Of a stretch of DNA of 52,181 bases, positions 1 through 9,675 are shown piece by piece. Position 1 is the stretch's first letter; every line of letters starts with the position of its first letter. Position numbers and translations under genes: made by a program. The stretch lies in the NCBI GenBank assembly GCA_045046875.1, contig JASFYY010000109.1, positions 1 through 52,181 on the forward strand, in the 5' to 3' direction. The DNA comes from Verrucomicrobiota bacterium. Lineage in GTDB: Bacteria; Verrucomicrobiota; Verrucomicrobiia; Verrucomicrobiales; DEV007. The notes beneath the pieces are model-generated. The model saw only the letters and a list, made by a program, of their open reading frames with translations, searched no databases and was not told the DNA's origin.

Positions 1-639
1 ACGCACCGGATTTAGATCAATATAAGCCGCCACCATCCGTAACGCATCGCTGCTCTCTCCACGCTCACCATCCGGCTCTCCTGACCGCCGAAGCCCCTTA
101 TTCGCCGTAGCTTTAGCAAAGGAGAATGGCGAAGGAGGTTGCAACAACACGCTCTTAAACGGCCCCTCCCACAGAGTCCCCACCCTGCCGTGTTTCCGGT
201 TGTAAGCCAATGTCATTTTCAGCTTCAACTCCTTCATAAACATCGACAGATCAAACAGCCGCGCCTTCACCGATTCCGCAATCTCGCTCACCTTTTCATC
301 CGCCCCATTCTCCCTAAACATCTCCACCTCATCCAACACCAACTTACTCGACCACTCATTCTTAAACACTTCCAGTCGCTTGGTATAATCATCATCCGCC
401 CACCCCTCTGTCGCCAGCTCCCTATCCGGCACCTCCAGCAACAAGTGAAAATGATTCCCCATAAAACACCAAGCCAACGCCCGCAGCCCACTGAACTTCA
501 GCTGCTTAAGCATCAAAATGCGAAAAACCTCCTTCTCATCATCCTCAAACAAAATATCCCGCCCCGTCGTCCGGCTCACCACATGATAATAATTTGTCTG
601 CCCCTCCGGCCCCAACATAAATTCCCGTATTTTCCTCAT
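1..639 (-). mobile_element. REP-associated tyrosine transposase (RAYT / Y1_Tnp, IS200-like HUH nuclease), 3' end outside the window
   Basis: Manual translation from ATG 639, open to base 1 (213 codons): MRKIREFMLGPEGQTNYYHVVSRTTG...WCFMGNHFHLLLEVP...DLSMFMKELKLKMTLAYNRKHGRVGTLWEGPFKSVLL...ALRMVAAYIDLNPVR. It has YHVxSR, the HUH motif (NHFH), LWEGxFKS and YIDLNPVR. Absent from the ORF track because no stop lies in the window. Confidence 0.9.
85..138. repeat. Nested palindromic mini-element inside the RAYT CDS
   Basis: CCGCCGAAGCCC[CTTATTCGCCGTAGCTTTAGCAAAGGAGAA]TGGCGAAGGAGG. The inner core (102-125) matches the rejoined 24-bp outer unit at 17/24 positions. Confidence 0.7.
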
Positions 640-788
640 AATCACAGTCCTTTCTCGCACGATTCGAACAATCGCCTACCCCCACAATACAACAATCTTC
701 ACCACACACAAGAACTTTATTGCATAGGGATCCTCCCTTAAATATCGATAGATTCCTTGGCCGCTGCGCTTAACGTCCTCCGAATCCT

Positions 789-1496
789 TTACTTTCCGCT
801 CCCGCTCAAATCACTCAAAATCGCCGCTACTACCTGCTTACTTTGCAGTTCCACGCCTTCCTTGCTCCAATGAAATTTGTCCCCGTGCATTAACTGCAAT
901 TTATCACTCATCAATTTGTATAAATCGTCCGTTTTGATGCCGTAGCCTTTCATCACTTTCTCCGCGATGGCATTACGCTTAGTGATCGTCGGGTTATTCT
1001 CCGGATCCAACTGAGTCGGCTCCCCCTTCATTGAAATCTGTGTGGTACTGCACCATATCAGCGTTGCCTTCGGTGCCTGTTTACGAAAAACTTCGACATA
1101 CTTTTTCAACAGTGATTCATATTGCCCCTCTGGAATGCGCCCCTTGGGCCAACCGTGCAATCCAATATTAAAATGAATGACGTCATAAGACTGCTGCGCC
1201 AACACTGTCTTCAAATCCGCATGCAGTGTCTTGCTGTTTAAATGCATACCCGTCACCCAGGCATCCACCGCAGCCTTTCCTTCCAAGGCTTTGCCAACCG
1301 GTGTCCGGTAGACATTCACAATCGAATCGCCAATCAACAATACCCGAGGCAACTTTTTATCTTTCTCGTCGCTTTTGTAAATCCCCCACGGTTTCCCATT
1401 GGAATGAAGGCCCAATTTCACATCATTCGCCGATGCCACAACACAAATAACCATCAAGACAGTTATTATAAACCGAGTATTCATCTTTTTTCTCAC
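789..1496 (-). CDS. SGNH/GDSL hydrolase family protein, secreted
   Basis: Signal peptide; LLIGDSI, VIHFNIGLHG and DKFH (DxxH) blocks. Start is either GTG 1496 (GTGA overlap) or ATG 1484. Confidence 0.85.
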   Translation of the reverse strand: MRKKMNTRFIITVLMVICVVASANDVKLGLHSNGKPWGIYKSDEKDKKLPRVLLIGDSIVNVYRTPVGKALEGKAAVDAWVTGMHLNSKTLHADLKTVLAQQSYDVIHFNIGLHGWPKGRIPEGQYESLLKKYVEVFRKQAPKATLIWCSTTQISMKGEPTQLDPENNPTITKRNAIAEKVMKGYGIKTDDLYKLMSDKLQLMHGDKFHWSKEGVELQSKQVVAAILSDLSGSGK

Positions 1497-2032
1497 AAGC
1501 CCTTTTCCTGAGCCAGTCTTTGTAGCTCTTTCTGAAAGGCTGCCACATCTGCTTCGCTCGGTCGATAGGCTGGGTCGGAAGCGTCCAAAGAGAGTTGCCC
1601 CATCTGGTTCAAACTCCAGGCGGCATTCATTCCATCACTGAAAACCACCGTTCCTCCAGCCAAAGCGCCCGGCGGCAAAACTTCACTCATCGTCACCGTG
1701 ACGGAGGCCGCTGTCGTCGTTTGATCATCGGTCACAGGCAACTCAGCCTCGGGTTCAGCTTCAGTGCCCTGTTCCTCATCCCCTCCCCCGCCTTCCGCAG
1801 CAGTTGCGTTTTCGCTCACGCTCTCCTCTTCAGGTTCCTCTTCCACTGGAACCTCCTTGCTCGGCATGACAATGCCGAGATCACCGATCAAAAAGCGCAC
1901 TTCCATATAAGTCACTTGAATCTCCAACTCATCTGCCAACTTTTTCTGGATCAAGGATAAATCATCTCCCGCATCTGCCCATGACTGGATGATAACCTTT
2001 TGTTCTGCTGTGATTGAATCCGCGTAGCTCAT
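1493..2032 (-). CDS. Acidic hypothetical protein
   Basis: 179-aa ORF: helical N-terminus, E-rich linker, small beta-rich C-terminal domain; coupled to the downstream gene. Confidence 0.75.
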   Translation of the reverse strand: MSYADSITAEQKVIIQSWADAGDDLSLIQKKLADELEIQVTYMEVRFLIGDLGIVMPSKEVPVEEEPEEESVSENATAAEGGGGDEEQGTEAEPEAELPVTDDQTTTAASVTVTMSEVLPPGALAGGTVVFSDGMNAAWSLNQMGQLSLDASDPAYRPSEADVAAFQKELQRLAQEKGL

Positions 2033-2121
2033 AATAAAATATTAACGGCAACATCTTCCCCACAATGCCCAGCGAGTCCACTGATCATTCTGTTTTTCCA
2101 GAACCCTTGCCTTTTATGCAA

Positions 2122-3174
2122 TCAATTGCCGCGCTCCTTAGTCGCTTCATCAATCAGCTTCATCATCGAATTCAACAAGCCGTTGACTTTTTCATCCTTG
2201 AGCAAATCACCGAGTATATTCATTTTGGGAGTCGTACCATCGTCATGAATATCCCAAGCGGTTTTCCATTCAGTTTGCTCTTTATGAAAACCCAGTTTTC
2301 CCAAGCGTTTCTCCAAATCCGGCATGTGTCCCGCCCCATACAATACCGCCAGCTTACGTTTCCCAAAGCGCAACTGTTCGTGCATCACTTCAAAAGCCAC
2401 CTTGTTGCGTTCAGTCACCAGAATCGTTCCATCATCCCCCTCCAAGCGAGTGATCAAACTTTCCGCTTCACTTAAAATCGGAGCCAAGGTTCGTTTCAAA
2501 GCCACCGCGTCCCCATTAATCACCGAAGCCATAAAACTTGCCATCATCGCCTGACTTTCTTTTTCATCCTTCGGGATCCCTGGAAGATTTTCGCTATTGG
2601 CCAGTTTCATCGCCCGCTCGAACCAGGTCGCCAAAGTCTGGTTGCGTTGCTCGGACAATGCCTGAAATTTTTCCCAGTCCACATCCGCATGAATAAAATT
2701 CCTCCTTAGATAATCAATGCCATCCTTCTGAAACTCCAGCTTCAACAAAGCCTGGATCATACCATGCAACATCGTCAACCCTTCCAATGGCGAACCCTCT
2801 GTTGGAGCTGCTTCCTCAACTTCCGCATTATAAGGCCCACCAACCATTTCGTAGAGCACTGCATCATAGATGATCATCCGATTGTCCAAATCATCATAAT
2901 AAGCCTGATCCCCTACATGAACCACCGCTATCAAATCTACGCTTGCCCCATCCCGCGCCCTGACAAAATGCGCAATCGCCGTCTGCAATTGCCCGTCTTC
3001 CCCCTTCTCAACGTAACGGATATATTTACCGCCAGACTTAACCTTGGCTGCCTGCTCCACCTTTCCCGCCGCTACCCCCGTTTGCCCGGAAACCTCCCTT
3101 GGCGCAAAGCCCCATCCCACCACTGCCCATAGACAGCAAAAAAGCCCCGCCGTCCTCAATCTATAAATCCCCAT
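2122..3174 (-). CDS. Secreted hypothetical protein, possibly TraB/GumN-like
   Basis: Signal peptide; VDLIAVVHVGD, VLYEMV, ERNKVA and VLYGAGHMPDLE motifs resemble the TraB/PrgY/GumN fold. Confidence 0.6.
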   Translation of the reverse strand: MGIYRLRTAGLFCCLWAVVGWGFAPREVSGQTGVAAGKVEQAAKVKSGGKYIRYVEKGEDGQLQTAIAHFVRARDGASVDLIAVVHVGDQAYYDDLDNRMIIYDAVLYEMVGGPYNAEVEEAAPTEGSPLEGLTMLHGMIQALLKLEFQKDGIDYLRRNFIHADVDWEKFQALSEQRNQTLATWFERAMKLANSENLPGIPKDEKESQAMMASFMASVINGDAVALKRTLAPILSEAESLITRLEGDDGTILVTERNKVAFEVMHEQLRFGKRKLAVLYGAGHMPDLEKRLGKLGFHKEQTEWKTAWDIHDDGTTPKMNILGDLLKDEKVNGLLNSMMKLIDEATKERGN

Positions 3175-3254
3175 GAATGATACTTAACAGAGAAACCCAC
3201 CATAGATCAATGGCTCTTTCTAAAAAACCGCCAATGGCTCAAATCTAAGATCAA

Positions 3255-4772
3255 TCACTTCGCACCCAATAATCTCGGCGTTGGCCCTTCCATCTTGCCT
3301 ATCTCACGCTGCCCAGCTCCACGCAGCCCCTTGTCACCCAAGTCCGCACGTCCTGCCTCTGCCAGCTTGGTCAAGCGGGCAACAATATCCGGGTGCTCAG
3401 CGGCCACATTTTTGCTGCTCGAAATATCCTCGACCACATTGAACAACAATGGCTCACCCGAATCCTTTTTCTTCTTGGAAAAAAACGGGTGGTTTCTGAA
3501 ATCCTTTAAAGGCAGGAAAAGTTTCCACGGCCCTGATCGCACTGCCTGCAATTGAACTCCGTCATAATAATAAAACGCTTTATAGGGAGTTTTTGCCCCA
3601 GCTTCCCCCACTATCAACGAACGAATATCATAACCATCGATCTTGCGATCCTGAGGCTCCTTGCCTCCCGCCAGACGGGCAAATGTCGGCAGCAAATCCA
3701 TCGTGGTGCAAAGTTCATCACTGGTCGTGCCGGCGGGCACCGTGCCCGGCCACCACATGATCGTCGGCACCCGGAAGGCTCCCTCGGAGGTGGTGTATCC
3801 CCGCCCATGCAAAGGCTGGTTCGACCCCCTGGCAAAATTGCCCGGCTCCCGATTAATCGGCGCCCCATTATCCGAAGTCCAGATCACCAGAGTATCTTTT
3901 TCGATTCCCAGCTCGACCAATTTGTCCAGCAATTGCCCCTGCGACCAATCCAATTCTTCAATCGAATCCCCCCACGGCCCGTTTTTACTTTTACCACGAA
4001 ACTCCGGACTCGAAAAAGGAGTGCTGGTGCTGCCCGGCATCGCCTGGGGGAAATAGAGGAAAAATGGCTCATCTTTGTGTTTCTCAATCCACTGCACCGC
4101 CTTCTCCGTATAACGCTTAGTCAGGCCATTACGGTCAACCGGCGCCTCAATCACCTTCTCATTCTCCATCAAAGGCAGAGGCGGCCAAGCCAGGCCTTCC
4201 AGATAAGGCGCGCGCTTATTATTTTTCCGTTTAGCCGCTCTTTGTCCTGCTGCTTCGGTCATATCATCACTGTAAGGAATACCGAAAAAATAATCGAAAC
4301 CCTGCGCATTCGGCAAAAATTCAGGCTGATCCCCTAAATGCCACTTGCCCACCACGCCGGTAGCGTAACCCTGTTTTTTTAATACCTCGGCAATGGTGAT
4401 TTCACTTGGGTTCAGGCCGTAGGGAGAAACCGGACGCAAAACCCAACCATCGCGCGGATTATCATGCATGCCCACCCGTTGAGAATAAGAGCCCGTGATC
4501 AGACTCGATCGCGATGGAGTGCAAACCCCGGCCGTCACACAAAAATGAGTGAACTTCCGCCCCTCTTTTGCCATTCGATTTAAATTTGGCGTGCGGTGCA
4601 AGGTGGAGCCAAATGGCTCGATATCCCCGTAACCCAGGTTGTCCGTATAGATAACTATGAAGTTGGGCTTCCTATCCGCGGCTGCCACCGTTGCAGAAAA
4701 TCCTCCCGCAAAAACACAACACAGGGCAGTAAGCGCCCTCAATGAAAAAAACATGTTCTTCTTCATAATCAT
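3255..4772 (-). CDS. Sulfatase (S1, arylsulfatase A-like)
   Basis: Signal peptide, KPNFIVIYTDNLGYGD, CTPSR formylglycine motif, GKWHLG, WTSDNG. Confidence 0.93.
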   Translation of the reverse strand: MIMKKNMFFSLRALTALCCVFAGGFSATVAAADRKPNFIVIYTDNLGYGDIEPFGSTLHRTPNLNRMAKEGRKFTHFCVTAGVCTPSRSSLITGSYSQRVGMHDNPRDGWVLRPVSPYGLNPSEITIAEVLKKQGYATGVVGKWHLGDQPEFLPNAQGFDYFFGIPYSDDMTEAAGQRAAKRKNNKRAPYLEGLAWPPLPLMENEKVIEAPVDRNGLTKRYTEKAVQWIEKHKDEPFFLYFPQAMPGSTSTPFSSPEFRGKSKNGPWGDSIEELDWSQGQLLDKLVELGIEKDTLVIWTSDNGAPINREPGNFARGSNQPLHGRGYTTSEGAFRVPTIMWWPGTVPAGTTSDELCTTMDLLPTFARLAGGKEPQDRKIDGYDIRSLIVGEAGAKTPYKAFYYYDGVQLQAVRSGPWKLFLPLKDFRNHPFFSKKKKDSGEPLLFNVVEDISSSKNVAAEHPDIVARLTKLAEAGRADLGDKGLRGAGQREIGKMEGPTPRLLGAK

Positions 4773-4810
4773 TATCCGGTTTTGATTTTCAGCTTTCAGG
4801 CCAAAGAAAA

Positions 4811-7800
4811 TTATTTTTTCAGAAACTGAATCAAGTCAGCCATCTGCTCTTTCGTGATCGCTCCTTCGAGCCCAACCGGCATCAAAGAAAGTCCCACGGT
4901 TTCCATTTTCACGATCTCACTGCGTGGCACGGTTTCCACGATCCCCCCCATCAGTTTAAGTGTAACAGCATCGGTCGATTCATTACTCACCAAGCCCATC
5001 AAAGTGCGCCCGTCTTTGACCTGCACCGTATAGGCCGACCAGCGCTCCTCAACCATCCGGTTAGGATCCAGGATGTCAGACAACAAAGCCTCGGCAGGTT
5101 TGATCTTCACATCCGTGATGTCCGGCCCCACGTCCACCCCCTTGCCGTTTTTGCGATGACACACCACACAATTGGTTTCAAAAACTTTTCTGCCAGCTTC
5201 CGCATCCCCGCCTTTAGCCACCAATGGTTTGTATTCGGCGATCACCTTGCCGCGATCTCCCGATGCCTGCCCAAACAACTCCGTCGCCAGTTTGTGAGTG
5301 GCAGGATCCTTCGACCTCGCCAACGCCCAGCGTCGCATTGGATCCATCAATGAAGCACTGATTTCTCCGTCTTTCATTTTTTTCATCAACAGCAGCACCG
5401 TTTTGCCATTGGCAGAAATCAAAGCCAAAGCCTCACGACGCGGAGTCGGCCCCAGTTCCTTCCAACGTTCAAAAAAGAAATCCGCTACCACATTACGATC
5501 AAAACGTGACAGAGCCTGACAGGCAGCCTTTTGAATCTCCACCGGCTCGTGCTGATCGATCAAGTCTTCTACAATTGGCAGCATCTCCACGATCCCTTTC
5601 TGCTGCACCAGAGGCAAAGCCGCCAATCGATCGGCTATCGGACGACTTCGATCCTTCAGCAGCGTCTTCGCCGAATCCAATACTTCCTTCACTGCAGGAA
5701 TTTGCGCCTTCAATTCTTCCGGAGGACTAGCCACCAGCGCCGCGATGGATTTTTGTTTCAGCTTACTACGACGCAAGCCCGTCGACAGACCTGTAACCGT
5801 CGCATACTGCCACCAGGCGCCTTTTTTATCGGCATCGGCAATCGTCAGCAGCACTTCTTTCAACTCACCCAGATCGCCACGTGCGCCTGCAGCCGTCGCA
5901 AACTGCAAAACCAAGTCAGCGTGTCCTGGTTTCGCTTTATTGATGAAATCCTTATCGCGCAACAAGGCTGCCAGAATTTTTCCTGCCCGGTTCTCCGAGG
6001 CACTCAGCACCGCTTTACGCATCCACTCATCCGCTGCGTTTTTAAGCGTCAATGTCGTCAGCGCCTGGGTCGCAGCTGCGCTCTGGTCATCCACCATTTC
6101 AATAGCTGCCATAAATTGCACCTGTCCGCTATGATGTTGATTCACAAAAGCGAGCAGTGTTTTGTGAACCTCGACATTGCCGGCGAAAAGCAAAGCGGCT
6201 GCTTGAATCGCGTTTTCAACCACTCCGGATTCTTTCGACTGCAGCAAGCTTTGCACCTGCTCCAACTTCAAACTGCCCAAGCCGTGCAAGGCCCACATCG
6301 CATGCACTTGTGATTGCGGTGTTTTGCCTTCACTGACCAATTTATTCAAAGCTGGAATCACTGATTTATCCTGCTTCTCGACGATCAAGCGCTGGGCCCC
6401 AATACGATGCCAGGCGTTGGGGCTCTCCAACAAAGCGGCCAAGTCGCCGGCCTTCCTCGGCAAAGCTTGAATCTTCCGTTTTTTGCCACCGCCTTTGGGA
6501 ACGATTCGGTAAATACGCCCCTGATCAAAACCCGCACGCATATAGTGCGTCTTGGTATATTCCTCCGGCATGAATCGTGCATGGTCAATAATCTGACGAT
6601 ACATGTCACAGATATACAAAGCCCCGTCCGGACCGTTACGGGTATTAACCGGACGCGACCAGGTATCGCGCGAAGCAAGGAATTCTTTTTTATCACCGAT
6701 TCTCACCGCTTTCAAACTCGCTCCATTTGCCTCCAGAGAAGACCGGGTCACCAACTGCCCCGTCGGCTCGCAGGTGAAAATATTGCCACTCAACTTCGGC
6801 ACCAGATCCCCACGATAAACACCGATGCCACAAGCCGCCGTATAAGTGCCCGCATGGGCGTCGGCAGTGGTATGGGTCAATTGTAGAGGATAAACTTTAG
6901 CCGCCCCACCAAAAGGAGCGATGTCCTCAACCCCATCGGTGATGCCTGCATAGGGATTGCGTTTGATTGCCGACTGCTCCATCACCGCAAACATATCCGG
7001 ATTACGATTGCTGCAGAAGAAACGCCGCGCCCAGTCATCCTGCGTCGCCCCGAACTGCCCACGCCCGGTCACTGCGCTCATCGCCTTGCTGACCGGATCG
7101 TAACGCAAATTCATCCGGCCGAATTTCAACTTGGCGTCTTCATTGCCTTCAGGATAAATCTCTTTCCCGTCCAGACCGTTGTTCAAATAAACCGCATTGT
7201 CCAAACCCCAGCGCGGAGCCGAGATTTGCAACTGGTTGTGACGCGGGTCATTGCTGCGAAACAAAACCGTCGGCTCGTCAGCTTTGCCGTCGCCATCCTT
7301 GTCTTCCAAAAATAAAATCGCATTGCGGGTGGTGGCCAATAATCCTCCCCTCATCGGCAGCAAACCCTGCACATGATCGAGGTTATCCGCCCAGGTGATA
7401 GCCGTATCCATCTTGCCATCACCATCCTTGTCATCCAACAAACGAATCCGTGACAACAGCGGACCATGTTCCGGCGGCAAAGGGTAATCACGCATTTCCG
7501 CCACAAACATTCTGCCCCGCTCATCCCAAACCACATCCACCGGATCACAGACCAGGGGCTCGCTGGCCACCAGTTCAATCTCAAAATCACCATCCACCAC
7601 CCAGCTCTTCAACGACTCTTCCGCACTCAAGGCAAAACGTCTTGGCAGAATAGCACTGCCGTCCGGGCTGTATCCCAGATCCTCAGAGCGCTCCGCCACT
7701 TTCCAGGGCTCCTTGAACTCACCCAGCGGCCACAGCTCAAAACGACGCAACCAGCACTCCGCCGATTCAGTCTGCAAACAAATGAATCCCTCGGCAGGCA

Positions 7801-8575
7801 TCGCCTTGGTTCCAGAGTTCACCAACTCCCCGTTGATATACACATCCATATTGCCACCCTTGCAAATCACTTCCATCCGGTTCCACTCACCAACCGGATT
7901 TTCGATATCCTTCGCCCCACGGTAACCTTTCACATCAGCCCAGTCCGGATCACGGTCGCGCCAATTGATGCGTTGATTTTGTTTACCTGCTTCGGGAAAA
8001 GCTTTGGCCACCCCTCCCTTTTTCCAAATATCTTCTCCATCACGGTCCTTAATCACCTCGCTGGTCAGGCTGGATGGAATCAACTTCCCCTCCGAATCCT
8101 TGCCTTGCAGCACCAACACATCCCCCGAGCCCCCTTCGATCAACTGCGCTTCCACCGATGACATCCAGGTATCAGCCAGAGAGCCATCCGCCCCATGACC
8201 ATGCACCAACAATCCACAATCCCTGGCTCGATCCTCACGGGGCTTCCAAGTGTGCTCACCCCATTTGTATTCCATCACCAGATGGTAATCCTTATATTTT
8301 TTGTTGGTGCGAATGTAACCAAAACCCTTGCCAATCACATGCAACTGCCCATCCTCGATTTTCCAAATTTCCTCCCTTTTATCCGTCAGCGATTTCTTTT
8401 TATTCAAGTGATAAGTGAAATCCTTGAAATCAGGATCTGCCATCAGATTCACCACCTTGTCGGGAGCAATAGCAGCAGAATCCTGGGAATAAAGAGCCGA
8501 GCTACTGAAGACAAATGAAGTCGAAAGAGCCAGGACCAATGAAAGACGGGAGTTTAAGAATGTTGGGGGGATCAT
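4811..8575 (-). CDS. DUF1080 domain fused to a PVC-type heme-binding CxxCH protein (beta-propeller, HEAT-like repeats, cytochrome c)
   Basis: N-terminal DUF1080 signature (YKDYHLVMEYKWG, ENPVGEWNRMEVIC, GFICLQTES); ELVASEPLVCDPV; GPDGALYICDMYR; C-terminal CVVCH and SLMPVGLE. Likely ATG 8575. Confidence 0.88.
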   Translation of the reverse strand: MIPPTFLNSRLSLVLALSTSFVFSSSALYSQDSAAIAPDKVVNLMADPDFKDFTYHLNKKKSLTDKREEIWKIEDGQLHVIGKGFGYIRTNKKYKDYHLVMEYKWGEHTWKPREDRARDCGLLVHGHGADGSLADTWMSSVEAQLIEGGSGDVLVLQGKDSEGKLIPSSLTSEVIKDRDGEDIWKKGGVAKAFPEAGKQNQRINWRDRDPDWADVKGYRGAKDIENPVGEWNRMEVICKGGNMDVYINGELVNSGTKAMPAEGFICLQTESAECWLRRFELWPLGEFKEPWKVAERSEDLGYSPDGSAILPRRFALSAEESLKSWVVDGDFEIELVASEPLVCDPVDVVWDERGRMFVAEMRDYPLPPEHGPLLSRIRLLDDKDGDGKMDTAITWADNLDHVQGLLPMRGGLLATTRNAILFLEDKDGDGKADEPTVLFRSNDPRHNQLQISAPRWGLDNAVYLNNGLDGKEIYPEGNEDAKLKFGRMNLRYDPVSKAMSAVTGRGQFGATQDDWARRFFCSNRNPDMFAVMEQSAIKRNPYAGITDGVEDIAPFGGAAKVYPLQLTHTTADAHAGTYTAACGIGVYRGDLVPKLSGNIFTCEPTGQLVTRSSLEANGASLKAVRIGDKKEFLASRDTWSRPVNTRNGPDGALYICDMYRQIIDHARFMPEEYTKTHYMRAGFDQGRIYRIVPKGGGKKRKIQALPRKAGDLAALLESPNAWHRIGAQRLIVEKQDKSVIPALNKLVSEGKTPQSQVHAMWALHGLGSLKLEQVQSLLQSKESGVVENAIQAAALLFAGNVEVHKTLLAFVNQHHSGQVQFMAAIEMVDDQSAAATQALTTLTLKNAADEWMRKAVLSASENRAGKILAALLRDKDFINKAKPGHADLVLQFATAAGARGDLGELKEVLLTIADADKKGAWWQYATVTGLSTGLRRSKLKQKSIAALVASPPEELKAQIPAVKEVLDSAKTLLKDRSRPIADRLAALPLVQQKGIVEMLPIVEDLIDQHEPVEIQKAACQALSRFDRNVVADFFFERWKELGPTPRREALALISANGKTVLLLMKKMKDGEISASLMDPMRRWALARSKDPATHKLATELFGQASGDRGKVIAEYKPLVAKGGDAEAGRKVFETNCVVCHRKNGKGVDVGPDITDVKIKPAEALLSDILDPNRMVEERWSAYTVQVKDGRTLMGLVSNESTDAVTLKLMGGIVETVPRSEIVKMETVGLSLMPVGLEGAITKEQMADLIQFLKK

Positions 8576-8644
8576 AATTTGAGAAATGCGCAAAAAAAGA
8601 CAAACACCACTTTGCCCCCGCAATCAACCCCCTTTTCGCATTCT

Positions 8645-9613
8645 TTATACCACCACCTGCAATGCGCCGGGCAATACCCGCATCAATTGCGGGGTTTCAG
8701 CCACCACATCGCCATCCACTTGAATGTCCAGCACAGGATCAGTTTCGATCAATACCGACTCCACCTGCCAATGGTTGACCTCCTTCAGCACATCCAAATC
8801 GGGCACCACATCGCTCAATTTCATCCGGTCCAAACCCATCATTTTACCCGCGATTTGCATCAGACCTGGCACATTCGCTTTTTTGAGAAAAAAAACATCC
8901 AATTTGCCATCCGCGATATCCACCGCCGGCGACAACGACATCTGCCCCAGCCCCACCTTGCCTGCATTCGCTACCAGGCATGCCACTCCTTTAGCCCGGT
9001 AAGTCTCCGTTTCATCGAGCACTATATTATAATTAGCCACCGGCAATTCCTGCAGAACTTTGAGCGCAGAAAATACGTAAGCCCACTTGCCGTGACGGTC
9101 CTTCATCTCGCGAGTCGCATCCTGCACCACACTGGTTTCCAGCCCACAGCCAATTCTTAATAGAAAATAATGCTCCCCCATCTTGCCGACGTCCATCGCC
9201 CGGGTGCGGAAACTCGAACCACAAACCCGCGCACAAGCTTTGTCTAACTGACGATCGATACCCAGCTCCACCGCAACCAGATTGCCCGTGCCGCCCGGTA
9301 GGATCAGCAGAGGAATATCCGTGCCCACCAAAGCACTCGCCACCTCCTTCACCGTGCCATCGCCGCCATACACCGCGATCACGTCCGCCCCTCCCTCAAT
9401 CGCCTTTTCTGCTTGAATCCGGCCATCTCCGTCTCCATGCGTGATCGACACTTCCCAATAAATCCCTGCCTTGCGGAAATACTGATTTAATATAGCTAAC
9501 AAAGGCACGCGTCTCGACGGAGCCGGATTGATCACCACATGAACCTTTTCCGGTCGCGGGTATTTGCTGGTTTTAACTTTCACGAATAAGAAGTCACTTT
9601 CAAAACATACCAA
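8645..9613 (-). CDS. Diacylglycerol/lipid kinase family protein (YegS/DgkB-like)
   Basis: VVINP, GGDGTV, LPGGTGN, DGKLDV and QVDGD motifs. Confidence 0.9.
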   Translation of the reverse strand: MVCFESDFLFVKVKTSKYPRPEKVHVVINPAPSRRVPLLAILNQYFRKAGIYWEVSITHGDGDGRIQAEKAIEGGADVIAVYGGDGTVKEVASALVGTDIPLLILPGGTGNLVAVELGIDRQLDKACARVCGSSFRTRAMDVGKMGEHYFLLRIGCGLETSVVQDATREMKDRHGKWAYVFSALKVLQELPVANYNIVLDETETYRAKGVACLVANAGKVGLGQMSLSPAVDIADGKLDVFFLKKANVPGLMQIAGKMMGLDRMKLSDVVPDLDVLKEVNHWQVESVLIETDPVLDIQVDGDVVAETPQLMRVLPGALQVVV

Positions 9614-9675
9614 TAATGCCTAAACAGAAATAAATCATGAAAAAACTGCCAAAGGTCAATCACCATATCATATTT

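Noticed and set aside
139..741. 200-aa plus-strand ORF from the track
   Set aside because: It is the antisense shadow of the RAYT gene; H/Q/P-rich with no recognisable motifs.
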